DNA from: Gammaproteobacteria bacterium
Lineage (GTDB): Bacteria > Pseudomonadota > Gammaproteobacteria > GCA-002705445 > GCA-002716945
Reading direction: 5' to 3'
NCBI GenBank assembly: GCA_038142325.1
Contig: JAYQJW010000002.1
Span: 779,328 to 843,327 of the forward strand
Length of the DNA: 64,000 nt
Shown: positions 34,542 through 46,466 of the stretch, piece after piece
Layout: each line of letters opens with the position of its first letter
Numbering within the stretch: the first letter of the stretch is position 1
Notes under the pieces: model-generated
Database searches by the model: none
Told to the model about the DNA's origin: nothing
What the model saw: only the letters and a program-made list of their open reading frames with translations
Program-made: the position numbers and the translations under genes

Positions 34542-35751
34542 GCATTGTTACTCTGTCGGGAACTGGCTTAGTTTTCTCATTTTTACTTGTTATATAAAGC
34601 AGAACAAAAAATGCAAAATAAACTAAAGTAAATAGTCTACCAAGTAGAGTTAGTGTCGGAGTTGCTGCTTTCATACCTATATAGCCTAATCCTATAAAAC
34701 TCACTACAAATGATACAAGTAATACTTTATAGGTAGTTGATCTGTATCTTATTGATTTGACTTTGCATCTATCTAGCCAGGGCATTAAGAAGAGAACAAA
34801 AATTGCTAAGCCCATAGCAATGACACCTCCTAATTTATCTGGTATTGCTCTTAGTATTGCGTAAAATGGCGTAAAATACCAAACTGGAACAATGTGTTCA
34901 GGAGTTTTAAGTGGATCTGCTGGTACGAAATTATCTTTTTCCAGAAAAAATCCTCCAAATTCAGGAAGGAAGAATACAACAAACATAAATATAGTAAGAA
35001 ATACTGCAAGACCAAAGATGTCTTTAACAGTGTAATATGGATGAAATGGAATGCCATCAATTGGAACGCCGTCATTATTTTTATTTTCTTTAATTTCTAT
35101 GCCATCTGGATTATTCGAACCTACAGTATGCAAAGCTGCAATATGTAGATAAATTACTGCAAACAGCAATAGAGGTAGTGCTATTACATGGAATGCAAAA
35201 AATCTATTTAAGGTCGCATCAGAAATAACATAGTCGCCACGAATCCAAAGAGCAAGAGACTCACCAATAAATGGTATTGCTCCAAAAAGTGAGATTATAA
35301 CCTGAGCGCCCCAGTATGACATTTGTCCCCATGGAAGCAGATATCCCATAAATGCTTCTGCCATCAGAAGAACAAAAATAAACATACCAAACAGCCATAG
35401 AAGTTCTCTTGGCTTTTTGTACGATCCATACATCAACGCTCTCAACATATGTAGATAGATAACTATGAAAAAAAATGAGGCTCCAGTTGAATGCATATAT
35501 CTTATTAACCAGCCCCACTCTACATCTCTCATGATGTATTCTACTGACGCAAAAGCAGATGCTGCATCGGGCTTATAGTTAATTGTAAGAAAAATTCCTG
35601 TAATAATTTGTAAAATAAAAACGAAAAGGGCTAAGCTTCCAAAAAAATAAAAGAAATTAAAGTTTTTAGGAGCGTAATATTCTGATAAGTGATTTTTTAC
35701 AAACTTAGTTAGAGGAAGCCTCTCGTCTATCCAGGCGATTAATCTGCTCAT
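34534..35751 (-). CDS. petB: cytochrome b
   Basis: [17 protein letters not shown] and PVWY Qo motif. Confidence 0.97.
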   Translation of the reverse strand: MSRLIAWIDERLPLTKFVKNHLSEYYAPKNFNFFYFFGSLALFVFILQIITGIFLTINYKPDAASAFASVEYIMRDVEWGWLIRYMHSTGASFFFIVIYLHMLRALMYGSYKKPRELLWLFGMFIFVLLMAEAFMGYLLPWGQMSYWGAQVIISLFGAIPFIGESLALWIRGDYVISDATLNRFFAFHVIALPLLLFAVIYLHIAALHTVGSNNPDGIEIKENKNNDGVPIDGIPFHPYYTVKDIFGLAVFLTIFMFVVFFLPEFGGFFLEKDNFVPADPLKTPEHIVPVWYFTPFYAILRAIPDKLGGVIAMGLAIFVLFLMPWLDRCKVKSIRYRSTTYKVLLVSFVVSFIGLGYIGMKAATPTLTLLGRLFTLVYFAFFVLLYITSKNEKTKPVPDRVTMHD

Positions 35752-36341
35752 GATGCGCTATCTTCCCCAACAATAAGTTTTGTTTCACTAGCAAAGTAAT
35801 AAGGTGGTACTTCTAAATTGTATGGTGCGGGCATACCTTTATGTACACGTCCTGACAAATCAAACTTTGAGCCATGACATGGACAGAAGAAACCTCCCTT
35901 CCATTCTAGACCTAGATCTTTATTTTCTCCTGGTTTGTAAAGTGGAGAGCATCCCAAGTGTGTGCATACACCGAGTAAAACTAAATACTCAGGTTTTATA
36001 GATCTAAATTTGTTTTGAGCATATTGAGGTTGATGTTCACCTGTTGATTCAGAGTCAGCTAAATAGTCAACTTGGTTTTCAATTTTAGCTAGCATCTCTG
36101 GTGTACGATGAACTACCCAAACAGGTTTCCCCCTCCACTCTATAATCTTGAAAGCGCCTGGTTTTATTCCCGTTAAATCTATCTCTACTGGTGCACCAGC
36201 CATTTTAGTTTTTTCACTAGGAGACATTGTTGATAAGAATGGAATAGCAGCAAACACTGCTCCGACTCCGCCCATCACCTTAGTGAGATTTGTGAGAAAT
36301 TTTCTTCTGTTTGGAGATTTATTACCTTTATTTTCGTCCAT
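35748..36341 (-). CDS. petA: ubiquinol-cytochrome c reductase Rieske subunit
   Basis: Tat motif RRKFL, CTHLGC and CPCHGS; start placed at ATG 36341. Confidence 0.96.
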   Translation of the reverse strand: MDENKGNKSPNRRKFLTNLTKVMGGVGAVFAAIPFLSTMSPSEKTKMAGAPVEIDLTGIKPGAFKIIEWRGKPVWVVHRTPEMLAKIENQVDYLADSESTGEHQPQYAQNKFRSIKPEYLVLLGVCTHLGCSPLYKPGENKDLGLEWKGGFFCPCHGSKFDLSGRVHKGMPAPYNLEVPPYYFASETKLIVGEDSAS

Positions 36342-36420
36342 GTTTTTGAAGTACAATTTTGGGAGTAATATATCATATAATCATTCTCTAATATATACTT
36401 TAACCATACTTATTTGGATT

Positions 36421-37416
36421 ATGCTTAAAGAACTTACTAAATATGTGGTGATAGGAATACTTGCTGGTTTTATAGCTTACTCATTCACATTAAAGAAACC
36501 TGTGTCAATTAAAGTGACTGAATCAGAAACAAGTATGGCCAGTATATCTAAAGATTCCTTCAATCACATATACTCATCTGTTAAAGATTCTGTAGTTACA
36601 ATCAAAACAAATATCGGACGTGGGTCAGGTGTTGTTGTTACAGATCAAGGTCATATTGTAACGAATGAGCATGTTATTAGAGGTGCTAGGCAGATTCAGA
36701 TCATAACATCTGATAATGTATCTTTCCCAGCTACCATTGTTGGTACAGATGCTATAACAGACATTGCATTACTAAAAAGCAATTACATTGGTGAACCAAT
36801 AATATTCTCAGACTCATCAAAAGCAAAAATAGGTGATATCGTTTTAGCAATAGGAAATCCCTTTGGTGTAGGTCAAACACTAACTCAAGGTATCATCTCT
36901 AGAACAAATAGTGGGCATATTACTGAAAATCCCCTTGATGAGTTTCTTCAATCTGATGCAGCAATTAATCCAGGTAATTCAGGAGGCGCCATGGTGAACA
37001 CATCAGGAAAATTAATAGGAATAAATACAATGAATCTATCTTTAGGTGGAGGAAGTGATGGGATTGGTCTAGCTGTCCCATCAAATTTAGTGAAAAACAT
37101 TATTGAACAGATAATTAAATATGGTCAAGTTGTCAGAGGATATGTTGGCTTATCTGCTTACGATACTCCAAATGGAGTCATGATTACAAAAGTTCTTAAA
37201 AATGGACCAGCAGACCTAGCTGGACTAAAGCCAAGAGACATAATACTTAGTATTAATGATATGAAAATTAAAAACATTAAACAGGTAGTTAAAATTGTTG
37301 CATCACTTGAAGTAAATCAGAAAATTACTGTTAAGCATTTAAGGAATGAAAGCGTCTTAGAAACGGTAATAAACGTTGCCCAAATGCCTGAATCTCATAA
37401 AACTATAAATAGATAG
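36421..37416 (+). CDS. degS: HtrA/DegS-like serine protease with one PDZ domain
   Basis: N-terminal TM, GSGV, TNEHV, DIA and DAAINPGNSGG motifs, single PDZ; realistic start at ATG 36421. Confidence 0.8.
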   Translation: MLKELTKYVVIGILAGFIAYSFTLKKPVSIKVTESETSMASISKDSFNHIYSSVKDSVVTIKTNIGRGSGVVVTDQGHIVTNEHVIRGARQIQIITSDNVSFPATIVGTDAITDIALLKSNYIGEPIIFSDSSKAKIGDIVLAIGNPFGVGQTLTQGIISRTNSGHITENPLDEFLQSDAAINPGNSGGAMVNTSGKLIGINTMNLSLGGGSDGIGLAVPSNLVKNIIEQIIKYGQVVRGYVGLSAYDTPNGVMITKVLKNGPADLAGLKPRDIILSINDMKIKNIKQVVKIVASLEVNQKITVKHLRNESVLETVINVAQMPESHKTINR

Positions 37417-38708
37417 TTACTTTCTTAATTTTGCTGAATTTGAATGTGAATACAATCCTTCACAGTCTGCCAATTGTGATGCTATTTCAGCTAATTCTTT
37501 TGAATGAGATTTTGATATCTTCATTAGACTTGTGCGTTTTAGAAAATCATAAACACCTAGAGGTGAGGCATACTTAGCTGAACCATTCGTTGGCAAAACA
37601 TGGTTTGGGCCTGCGCAATAATCTCCAAATACTTCAGGACTATTTTCTCCTATAAAGATTGCGCCTGCATTCCTTATTTTATCCTCTAATTTATATCTTT
37701 CATATCCAAATATTTCTAGATGCTCAGGAGCAATATTATCAGCTATCTCAACTATACTCTTGAATAGTATTTGCTTTTATAAAAAGGCCTCTAGAGGTAA
37801 GAGATTTTTTTATTATGTCTTTTCTCGTTTGATGAGTTAATAACTTATCAATCTGTTTGTTAACATCATTGATTAACTTATCACTAGTAGACAAAAGAAT
37901 TGCTTGAGCAAGTTCATCATGCTCAGCTTGCGCAAACATATCAGTAGCAATTAGCTCTGGATTAGTATTTTTATCTGCGATTATGAGCACCTCTGATGGA
38001 CCAGCAAAACTATCAATGCCAACTTTACCAAAAACTTTCTTTTTAGCAGTCGCAACATAGATGTTGCCAGGTCCAACGATTTTATCGACTGCTTTGAATA
38101 GTCTTTGTGCCAAAAGCAAGCGCGGCAATAGCATGTGCTCCACCAAATTTGAAAATCTTATCAACTCCACATAAATCAGCTGCAACTAAAACTAGTGGAT
38201 TTAATTTTCCATTAATAGGAGGGCATGTCATAACAATATTTTTTACGCCAGCAATCTTTGCTGGAATAGCATTCATTAGAACTGTAGAGGGATAACTTGC
38301 TTTGCCGCCAGGCACATAGATTCCCACGTTCTCAATAGGTACTACTTTTTCACCTATTTTGGAGCCCTTAACATTGATATGCCAGCTTCTTAATTTTTGA
38401 TTATTAGAGAATTTTTTAATATTACGCATAGCCTGTTTAAGACTTGACAGAGTTTTTTTTGATACAGATGAATATGCAGCATTTATTTCTTTTTTAGTTA
38501 CTACTGAATCAGAAATTTTTTTATAAGATGTTTTATCATATTGTTTAATAAACTTACGTAATCCAACATCGCCATACCTTTCAACATGATCTAAAATTTT
38601 TTGAACATTTTGCTCTATAAGGTATGAGTTCGCTTGTTTGAAAGATACAAATTGAGATAGTTTGCTATTAAAATTAGCTTGAGATGAATTTAAAACCTTA
38701 ATTTTCAT
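37417..38708 (-). CDS. hisD: histidinol dehydrogenase (two frameshifts, near 38097 and 37760)
   Basis: GIYVPGG, GPGNIYV, AGPSE, QAEHD, APEHLE and GPNHVLPT motifs across three frames. Confidence 0.95.
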
Positions 38709-39758
38709 TTATCGCTTGCAATGTTTCATCAATGCTTGTTATAAGGTCTTCGGTTTCACTCCAACCAATACAAGAATCGGTAATACTTTGTCCATATTTA
38801 AGCTTTTTTCTTTATCATCAATTTTTTGATTTCCCTCAACAAGATTGCTTTCTAACATTAATCCTATAATATTTTTTTCACCAGATAATAATTGCTGTCT
38901 CACGTCCTCAACAACATTGACTTGTAGCTTATAGTTTTTGTGACTGTTCGCATGACTCGCATCAATCATAATATTAGGCAACATGCCATTATCTACAAGT
39001 ATTTTTGAAGATTCCTTAACATCTTCTGATGTATAATTAACTTTATTATTACCGCCACGATGTATTATGTGACAATCCATGTTTCCTGAGGTATTAAAAA
39101 TAGCTGATTTACCTTCTTTAGTTACAGAAAGAAAGCTATGAGAGTGTCTAGCTGCGTTCATTGCGTCTATCGCGATTTGTAGACTTCCATCAGTTCCATT
39201 TTTAAAACCAACTGGGCAAGATAATCCAGATGCTAATTCGCGATGGCTTTGACTCTCAGTCGTCCTTGCGCCAATAGCGCCCCAACTTATTAGATCTGAG
39301 ACATACTGAGGACTGACTAAATCTAAAAATTCATGTCCACATGGTATTTTCATTTCTGCTAAATCTATTAGTAACTGTCTAGCTAACCTGATGCCTTTAT
39401 TTATCTTAAATGATCCATCAAGATCTGGATCGTTTATTAGGCCTTTCCAACCTACTACTGTTCTTGGTTTTTCAAAATAAACTCTCATGATTATCAAACA
39501 ATTATCTGAAAGACTTTGGTTTAATTTTTTTAGATTAGTCGCATATTCTTTAGCAGCATCAATATCGTGAATTGAACATGGACCTACAACAATTATAAAT
39601 TTTTTACTGGATTTATTTAAAATTGAGGATATTTCATCTCGGGCATTAATTATAGTTTCTATACCATCAGAGGACGGAGACATAGACTCAATAAGCTCTC
39701 TTGGACTAACAAGCTCTTGAGTATTTATAATTCTTAAGTCATCAGTCTTATTGGACAT
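38698..39758 (-). CDS. aroG: class I DAHP synthase (AroF/G/H family; C-terminal frameshift near 38805)
   Basis: VGPCSIHD, RVYFEKPRT..GWKG, IGARTTESQ and DASHANS motifs; YGQSITDSCIGW is in the shifted frame. The paralog label is approximate. Confidence 0.88.
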
Positions 39759-40365
39759 ATTTCTTTATTTCATCCAGAAAAAAATTAATTTCATCCCTTT
39801 TGATTTTGTAAGAAACCTTGTTAGCAATCAATAAAGATGAGATGTCTGAAATTTTATCATATTCTTTAAGTCCATTCTCTTTGAGAGTGTTTCCAGTTTC
39901 TACTATGTCTACAATAAAATCTGATAATTTCAATACTGGCGCCAACTCTACTGAACCATAGAGTTCTAAAATAGAACACTGTAATCCAATATGCTCAAAA
40001 TAACTTTTAGTAATATTTGGATATTTTGTAGCAACTTTCATGTTGTTAAAATATTTAGATTTAGCTTTGCCTGCAACCACTAGCCTACACTGTGATAACT
40101 TCATATCATGCAATCTATAATGGTTTTCTTTATCATCTTCCATAAGTGTATCAGCACCAACGATACCGAGGTCAACTTTGCCTGAATCAATGTATACCGG
40201 TACATCAGAGGCTTTAATTACTATAACTTCCAAATTCTTATAATTAGTAGGGATAATTAATTTTCTAGATGTTATTGGATTGTATTTACACTCAATACCA
40301 ATTTTTTGTAAAATAGCGTTACATTTTTCCAGGATTCTACCTTTGGCTATAGCTAATCTAATCAT
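39748..40365 (-). CDS. hisG: ATP phosphoribosyltransferase, short form (HisZ-dependent)
   Basis: AIAKGR, VATKYP, GSVELAP and DIVETGNTL motifs; 205 aa with no regulatory domain. Confidence 0.95.
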   Translation of the reverse strand: MIRLAIAKGRILEKCNAILQKIGIECKYNPITSRKLIIPTNYKNLEVIVIKASDVPVYIDSGKVDLGIVGADTLMEDDKENHYRLHDMKLSQCRLVVAGKAKSKYFNNMKVATKYPNITKSYFEHIGLQCSILELYGSVELAPVLKLSDFIVDIVETGNTLKENGLKEYDKISDISSLLIANKVSYKIKRDEINFFLDEIKKYVQ

Positions 40366-40376
40366 GGATATGCATT

Positions 40377-41636
40377 TTACATAGGTTTTCTTGAAATCCT
40401 AGCACCAATTAACTGTAGTTTCTCTTCAATACAGTCATAACCTCTATCAATATGATAAACTCTTCCAATCTCAGTAGTTCCTTTTGCAGCTAAACCAGCT
40501 AAAATTAAACTGGCAGAAGCTCTGAGATCTGTAGCCATTACTGGAGCGCCATTTAATTCCTGGATGCCTGTAATTTCTGCTGTATTTTCTCTTATTTTAA
40601 TTTTAGCCCCCATCCTCAAAAGCTCTTGTGCATGCATAAATCTATTTTCAAAAATATTTTCTTTAACAATACAGTCTCCCGAACCTAGACAATTTAGTGC
40701 TGTCATCTGTGCTTGCATATCAGTGGGAAATAATGGATAAGCATTAGTCTCAATATTCACTGCCTTCGGACGTTTTTTCATTTTTATTCTCACTGAATTT
40801 TTTAAGACTTTGATATCAACTCCTGACTCAGTAAGTTTATCTATCACAGCTTTAGAGTGAGATGGAATAATGTTGCGTATTTCAACATCACCTTTAGTTA
40901 TTGCTGCAGCAACCATAAAAGTTCCAGCTTCTATTCGATCAGGTAAAGGTTTGTGTGTTGTACCTTTAAGTTTATTTACGCCTTCTACTGTAATCTTATT
41001 TGTTCCATGACCTGAAATCTTTGCACCCATCTTAATTAAAAAATTGCACAAATCAGATATCTCAGGCTCACATGCGCAATTTTCTATCACAGTTTTTCCC
41101 TCAGCTAGCGTGGCAGCCATTATTATATTCTCAGTTCCGGTGACAGACTTACTAGGGAAAACTATTTTCGCGCCTTTTAGCCTATGAGCTTTTGCAGATA
41201 CATAGCCACCTTCAACAGATATTGTTGCTCCCATTTTCTCTAATGCAGATAAATGCATATCAACAGGCCTCATTCCAATTGCACACCCTCCTGGCAGGGA
41301 AACTTTAGCCTCACCAAATCTAGATAATAGAGGCCCTAAAACTAAAATTGATGACCTCATTGTCTTTACAAGTTCATATGGGGCATAGAGTGTATGAATT
41401 GTTGATGAGTCTAGAGAAATATGCATTAGTTCATCCATAGTGACGCTAACGCCCATCTGAGTTAAGAGCCTTGTGGTTGTTGTAACGTCTTGAAGGTGAG
41501 GGATGTTCTCAAGTTCAACTGAACCATTTGAAACCATAACAGATGCACACAACATTGGTAAAACAGAGTTCTTAGCTCCTGAAATTTTTACTGAGCCAGT
41601 TAATGATTGTTGACCTTCTATTAAAAGCTTGTCCAT
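40377..41636 (-). CDS. murA: UDP-N-acetylglucosamine 1-carboxyvinyltransferase
   Basis: GAKNS, LPGGCAIG, PDRIE, FPTDMQ and DRGY motifs. Confidence 0.98.
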   Translation of the reverse strand: MDKLLIEGQQSLTGSVKISGAKNSVLPMLCASVMVSNGSVELENIPHLQDVTTTTRLLTQMGVSVTMDELMHISLDSSTIHTLYAPYELVKTMRSSILVLGPLLSRFGEAKVSLPGGCAIGMRPVDMHLSALEKMGATISVEGGYVSAKAHRLKGAKIVFPSKSVTGTENIIMAATLAEGKTVIENCACEPEISDLCNFLIKMGAKISGHGTNKITVEGVNKLKGTTHKPLPDRIEAGTFMVAAAITKGDVEIRNIIPSHSKAVIDKLTESGVDIKVLKNSVRIKMKKRPKAVNIETNAYPLFPTDMQAQMTALNCLGSGDCIVKENIFENRFMHAQELLRMGAKIKIRENTAEITGIQELNGAPVMATDLRASASLILAGLAAKGTTEIGRVYHIDRGYDCIEEKLQLIGARISRKPM

Positions 41637-41687
41637 GACTATATTTTGTTTGTTTCGATATTCTAAAAGTTTATACTCAATAAAGCT

Positions 41688-44139
41688 ATGCTTAAAAGAA
41701 TTTCATTAATGTATGAGCGTTACATTCTCCATAACCCTATTAGAGTATTACTCTTTTTGGCATTAATTTTATCTTTCTCTATAGTTAATATTAAATACTT
41801 CGAGCTAGATGCCTCTGCAGACACTCTAATTCTTGACGATGATGAAGATTTAAAAAATTTTTCGTGATACCAACGAAAAATATAAATCAAGTGATTTTAT
41901 GATATTAACAATTACGGATAAGTATCAAGATACATTTTCACCAGAAACACTATCTTTTATAAAAACTCTAACACAAGAGATAACTAAAGCTGATTATGTT
42001 GAATCCGTTACCTCGATTACTAATATTCCATTAGTTACAAGTTCCCAAAAACCATTAACGGAACTGATCAATGAAGTTCCAAACATTTTAAGTGAAGATA
42101 TAAATAAAAAATTAGCTAGAGAAGAAATATTATCTAGCCCGATATATAAAGATTTGATAATTAGCTCTGATGCAAAAACTTCTGCGATGCAGATAGTAAT
42201 AAGAAAAAATCAAAATCTTGTAGACGCATTAAATAAAAGAGATATGCTCTATCAAAAATATTCAAGCAATCCCATATATGAAGATGCGTACGTTGAATCA
42301 AAAGCAGCCTATGATTCTATTGCAAAAGAAGAAAAGGAAAATATTGGCGCATTAATAAAAGAATTAAGAGTCATACAAGATAAATACTCTTCAGAAAGAT
42401 ATGAGATTAGGCTTGGCGGAATACCAATGATTACTGATGATATGATTACTTTTATAAGAAATGATTTAGTTAATTTTGGCATCGGTGTATTGGCTTTTAT
42501 TCTTGTGACTCTAATCATAATATTCAGAAAAGTAATTTGGGTTATAGCCCCAGTAATTAATTGTATTTATGCAGTTATATTTATGATTGGATTACTGGGA
42601 TATCTTGACTGGAAGGTTACAGTCATATCATCTAATTTTATATCTCTTATGCTTATTTTAACATTATCGATGAATATTCATATTATTGTACGGTATAGAC
42701 AAATATACAGTTCTAAGAAAAATAGTAAATTTAACTCAATATCAGAAACGATGAAAAAAATGATTTGGCCATGTCTTTATACCGCACTAACCACGATTGT
42801 TGCATTTGCATCATTAGTGTTTAGTGACATCAAACCCGTTATTGATTTTGGATATATGATGGTTATCGGGCTAACTACTCTTTTTATAACATCTTTTACT
42901 CTGCTTCCATGTGTAATTATAATTCTCTCAAATGATGAAAACTCAATAATCAATAACAGTCAAACTAGTTCATTCATAACGGATATACTAGCAAATGTTG
43001 CTCGTAATCATGGAAAATACATTTATGCAGCAACAGTTTTTATTTCAATAATTACGCTTTATGGACTTTTTCAGCTTAAAGTTGAAAACAGTTTTATAAA
43101 CTACTTCAGATCAGATACCGAAATCCACAAAGGAATGAAATTGATAGATAATGAGTTGGGTGGAACAACACCAATGGATATAATTTTGAAATTTGATAAT
43201 TCGCAGAATTCTATAGATGATGATTTTGATGACTTATTCGGTGGCGACGAGGACATCAAAAGTTCAAATTGGTTTACTACAGAAAAAATTAATAAAATAA
43301 AATATGTTCATGATTATCTAGACAACAACCAATACATAGGTAAAGTGTTATCTCTTGCTTCATCAATTCGGGTTGCTGAAATTGTGAATGATAATAAAGA
43401 GTTAAATAGCCTTGAAATGTCTTTGCTTTATAAAAAACTTCCTGATGAGGTTAAAGACATTGCGGTTAATCCGTATTTATCAATTGAACATAATGAGGCA
43501 AGAATTAGTGTTCGAATACTTGATTCTGATAAAGACCTCAGACGATCAGAGCTTATTAATACCATCAAATCTGATCTTACTACTGACCCTTACTTGAAAT
43601 CAGATAATATCACCGTAACTGGCATACTAATTCTATACAACAACATGCTTCAAAGTTTATTTGATTCGCAAATTAAATCTTTAGGTTTTGTAATGCTGAT
43701 TATTGCTCTAATGTTTCTGCTACTCTTTAGATCTTTTAGGCTAATGGTAATTGGAATAGTACCTAATCTGTTATCAGCGTTATTAGTTTTAGGAATAATG
43801 GGTATAATGAAACTTCCATTAGATATGATGACTATTACTATTGCAGCTATTACTGTTGGAATAGCAGTTGACAATAGCATTCATTATATTTATCGATATA
43901 GAGAAGAATACTATACTTATCAGGACTACCTCAAAACTGTAAGCGTGTGTCATTCCAGTATAGGTAAAGCAATATTTTTTACAGGTATAACAGTAATTTT
44001 TGGTTTCTCCATCTTAATCTTATCAAATTTTATTCCTACAATAATCTTTGGTACTTTGACAGGCCTTGCTATGTTTGTTGCGTTAATATCAGTTCTGACC
44101 TTACTACCTAGACTCCTTATCTCATTGAAACCACTTTGA
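41688..44139 (+). CDS. MMPL/RND-family lipid transporter (frameshift near 41855)
   Basis: Start at ATG 41688 (MLKRIS...FELDASADTLILDDD); two repeats of a periplasmic domain plus TM block, with GIAVDNSIHY in the second repeat. Confidence 0.88.
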
Positions 44140-44143
44140 TAAT

Positions 44144-44730
44144 CTATTTATTTAAAGTATTTATAAGTGAATCTATTCCTTTTTTTGAAACATGCTCTCT
44201 AAAATCCACTCTGTAGTTTTTCATTAAACTAATTCCATCAAAAATAATATCGTAGACCTTCCAACCAGAATTGTTTTTTATAAGTCTGTAATGAACATCA
44301 ATATCTCCACCGGGTATGAGATACTTTGACTTTACATAGGCGATGTTATCTCTTTCACCTGGGACATAAGGTAAAAACTGGACCTTCTCTCCGTCAAAAG
44401 CTGTAATAGATTTCATATATGTACTTGTCATTCTATAGCGAAATGCACTGATAAAATTTTCTTTTTGATTATCTGTTAAGTTAAGCCAAACTTTTTTTCC
44501 AAGAATTATTTTTGACATGAGTTCAATGTCTAATTTAGGCATCACTACAGTGTTCATCTTATCTCTTAAAATTTTTCATCATTTTCAAATCTATCCTTAT
44601 ATTTCGATATTAAATCAGAAATTTCCGTGACTGAATCTTTCAAAAAACCATCGGGGGTGTCTGATGTATGTGCCAAGCTAGAAATGCACAAAAACATTAC
44701 TAAGATTGATATTTTTTTAATCACACTCAT
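44144..44730 (-). CDS. mlaC: periplasmic phospholipid-binding protein MlaC/Ttg2D (frameshift near 44572)
   Basis: Signal peptide; MSKIILGK.W, YRL...GWKVYDIIFDGISLMKNYR and GIDSLI motifs. Confidence 0.88.
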
Positions 44731-44754
44731 AATTTTAGTATATAATCTGGTTAT

Positions 44755-45497
44755 ATGATGCACAAGGTTGTAAAAAAATTATCTTTATTGACATTATTAA
44801 TAATTGGATCCATGTCTATTTCAAATATTGGATACTCATCTGATAATGATCCTTTGGAGCCAATGAATAGAGCGATTTTCGGATTTAATGAAATTGTAGA
44901 TGATAATATTCTAGAGCCTGTTGCGAAGGGTTATCGTTATGTGACGCCTGATCCTGTAGAGAGAAGTGTTAGCAACTTCTTCAATAACCTTTGAGAGATA
45001 AACACTATTATAAATAGTGCTCTTCAAATGAAAATAGATAAAACCATTACGTCAAGCTCTAGACTGGCAATAAATTCAACCGTGTGTGTACTTGGGCTTT
45101 TTGATGTAGCTACATCACTTGGCATTCAACGTGAAAGAGAAGATTTTGGTCAAACTCTTGGTTTCTATGGTATATCTTCAGGCCCATATTTAGTACTTCC
45201 ATTTTTTGGACCAAGTTCATTTAGAGATGCGCCTGGCTTCTATGCAGATGTAATGATGGAAAAAGTATTTCACCAGTTTATACAGAGTTACACCACGAAG
45301 AAAGACAAGCAATACAGGCAACAAATGTCATAGATACAAGAGCTAATTTGCTCAAAGCTACAAAAATTCTTGATACAGCGGCGAAAGATAAATACATATT
45401 CTTGAGAGAGTCATACCTTCAAAGAAGAGCGAAATTAGTTACTGATGGCAAAGACGTACAAGACTTCGAAATAGACGTTCTTGAGATTAATTACTAA
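44755..45497 (+). CDS. mlaA: MlaA/VacJ family protein (in-frame TGA at 44992-44994 and a frameshift near 45262)
   Basis: DPLEPMNR, NFFNNL, EDFGQTLG, GPYLVLPFFGPS and D.YIFLRESYLQRR motifs. Confidence 0.9.
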
Positions 45498-45530
45498 ACC
45501 TTCTAAATTAATAATCTATTTGGTTTAACT

Positions 45531-46464
45531 ATGATAGATGCCATTTTATTTTTATCAATAGGACTTGTCTTCTTAATTTATGGAGCAAACCTTCTAATCA
45601 CATCTACAGATGAATTTTCAAAAAAACTTTCAATTTCAGGTTTTATAGCAAGTTTTTTCTTAATTGGTATTGCTACATCTGCACCAGAAATTTTTATTTC
45701 TATTGAGTCTGCTCTACAAAATGAAACTATACTCGCTGTTGGGAACTCAATAGGCTCAAATATTTCTAACTTAGCATTAGTATTCTGTTTTGGCAGTATT
45801 GTTTATGAAAAAAAATCAAAAAACAATGTTTATTCCAAGTCTACCCTTTTTTACTATGATAATTTTAACAATAGTATGTTTTAGCGTTATCTATCCTGAT
45901 AGCATCTTCGATAAAACGGATTCATATGTTTTGCTTGCATTATTCTTTTTCTCTTTATTATTATTTAATTCAAAAAATGAAATTCCATCAGAATCTAGTG
46001 AAAACTTGATAAAAGCTAATATTTCAAAAATACTTCTTTATGCAATCATTGGAATTACGTTACTAATATATGGATCAAAATTTTTTATAGATGGCGCTAC
46101 TAATATTGCCCTTATGTTTGGAGTAAGCGCATATGTAATAGGATTAACTTTGACAGCACTTGGAACCAGCTTACCTGAATTAGTAACTACAGTACAATCC
46201 GCAAGAAAAGGAAAGAGTCAGTTTATAATTGGGAACATATTGGGTTCAAATATTTTTAACATAGGCGTTGCAATGAGCATTGCAGGACTCATCAATCCCG
46301 CAATAATTGATTCGAATGCATTTTTACGCGACATTTTGTTGCTTTTTTTATCTACACTATTATTTTATGTAATAACTAAATCAACAAAACATACTATAAA
46401 GGTTGTATACTCTATTTTGTTAATAACGATATATTGTATTTATATATTGATGATACTTAAATAA
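45531..46464 (+). CDS. yrbG: calcium/sodium antiporter (CaCA family; frameshift near 45790)
   Basis: Alpha repeats ATSAPE..GNSIGSN and GTSLPE..GNILGSN; upstream of kdsD. Confidence 0.88.
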
Positions 46465-46466
46465 AA

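Noticed and set aside
36148-36420. Long N-terminal extension of the DegS ORF
   Set aside because: It overlaps petA on the opposite strand; the TM-anchored protease starts plausibly at ATG 36421.
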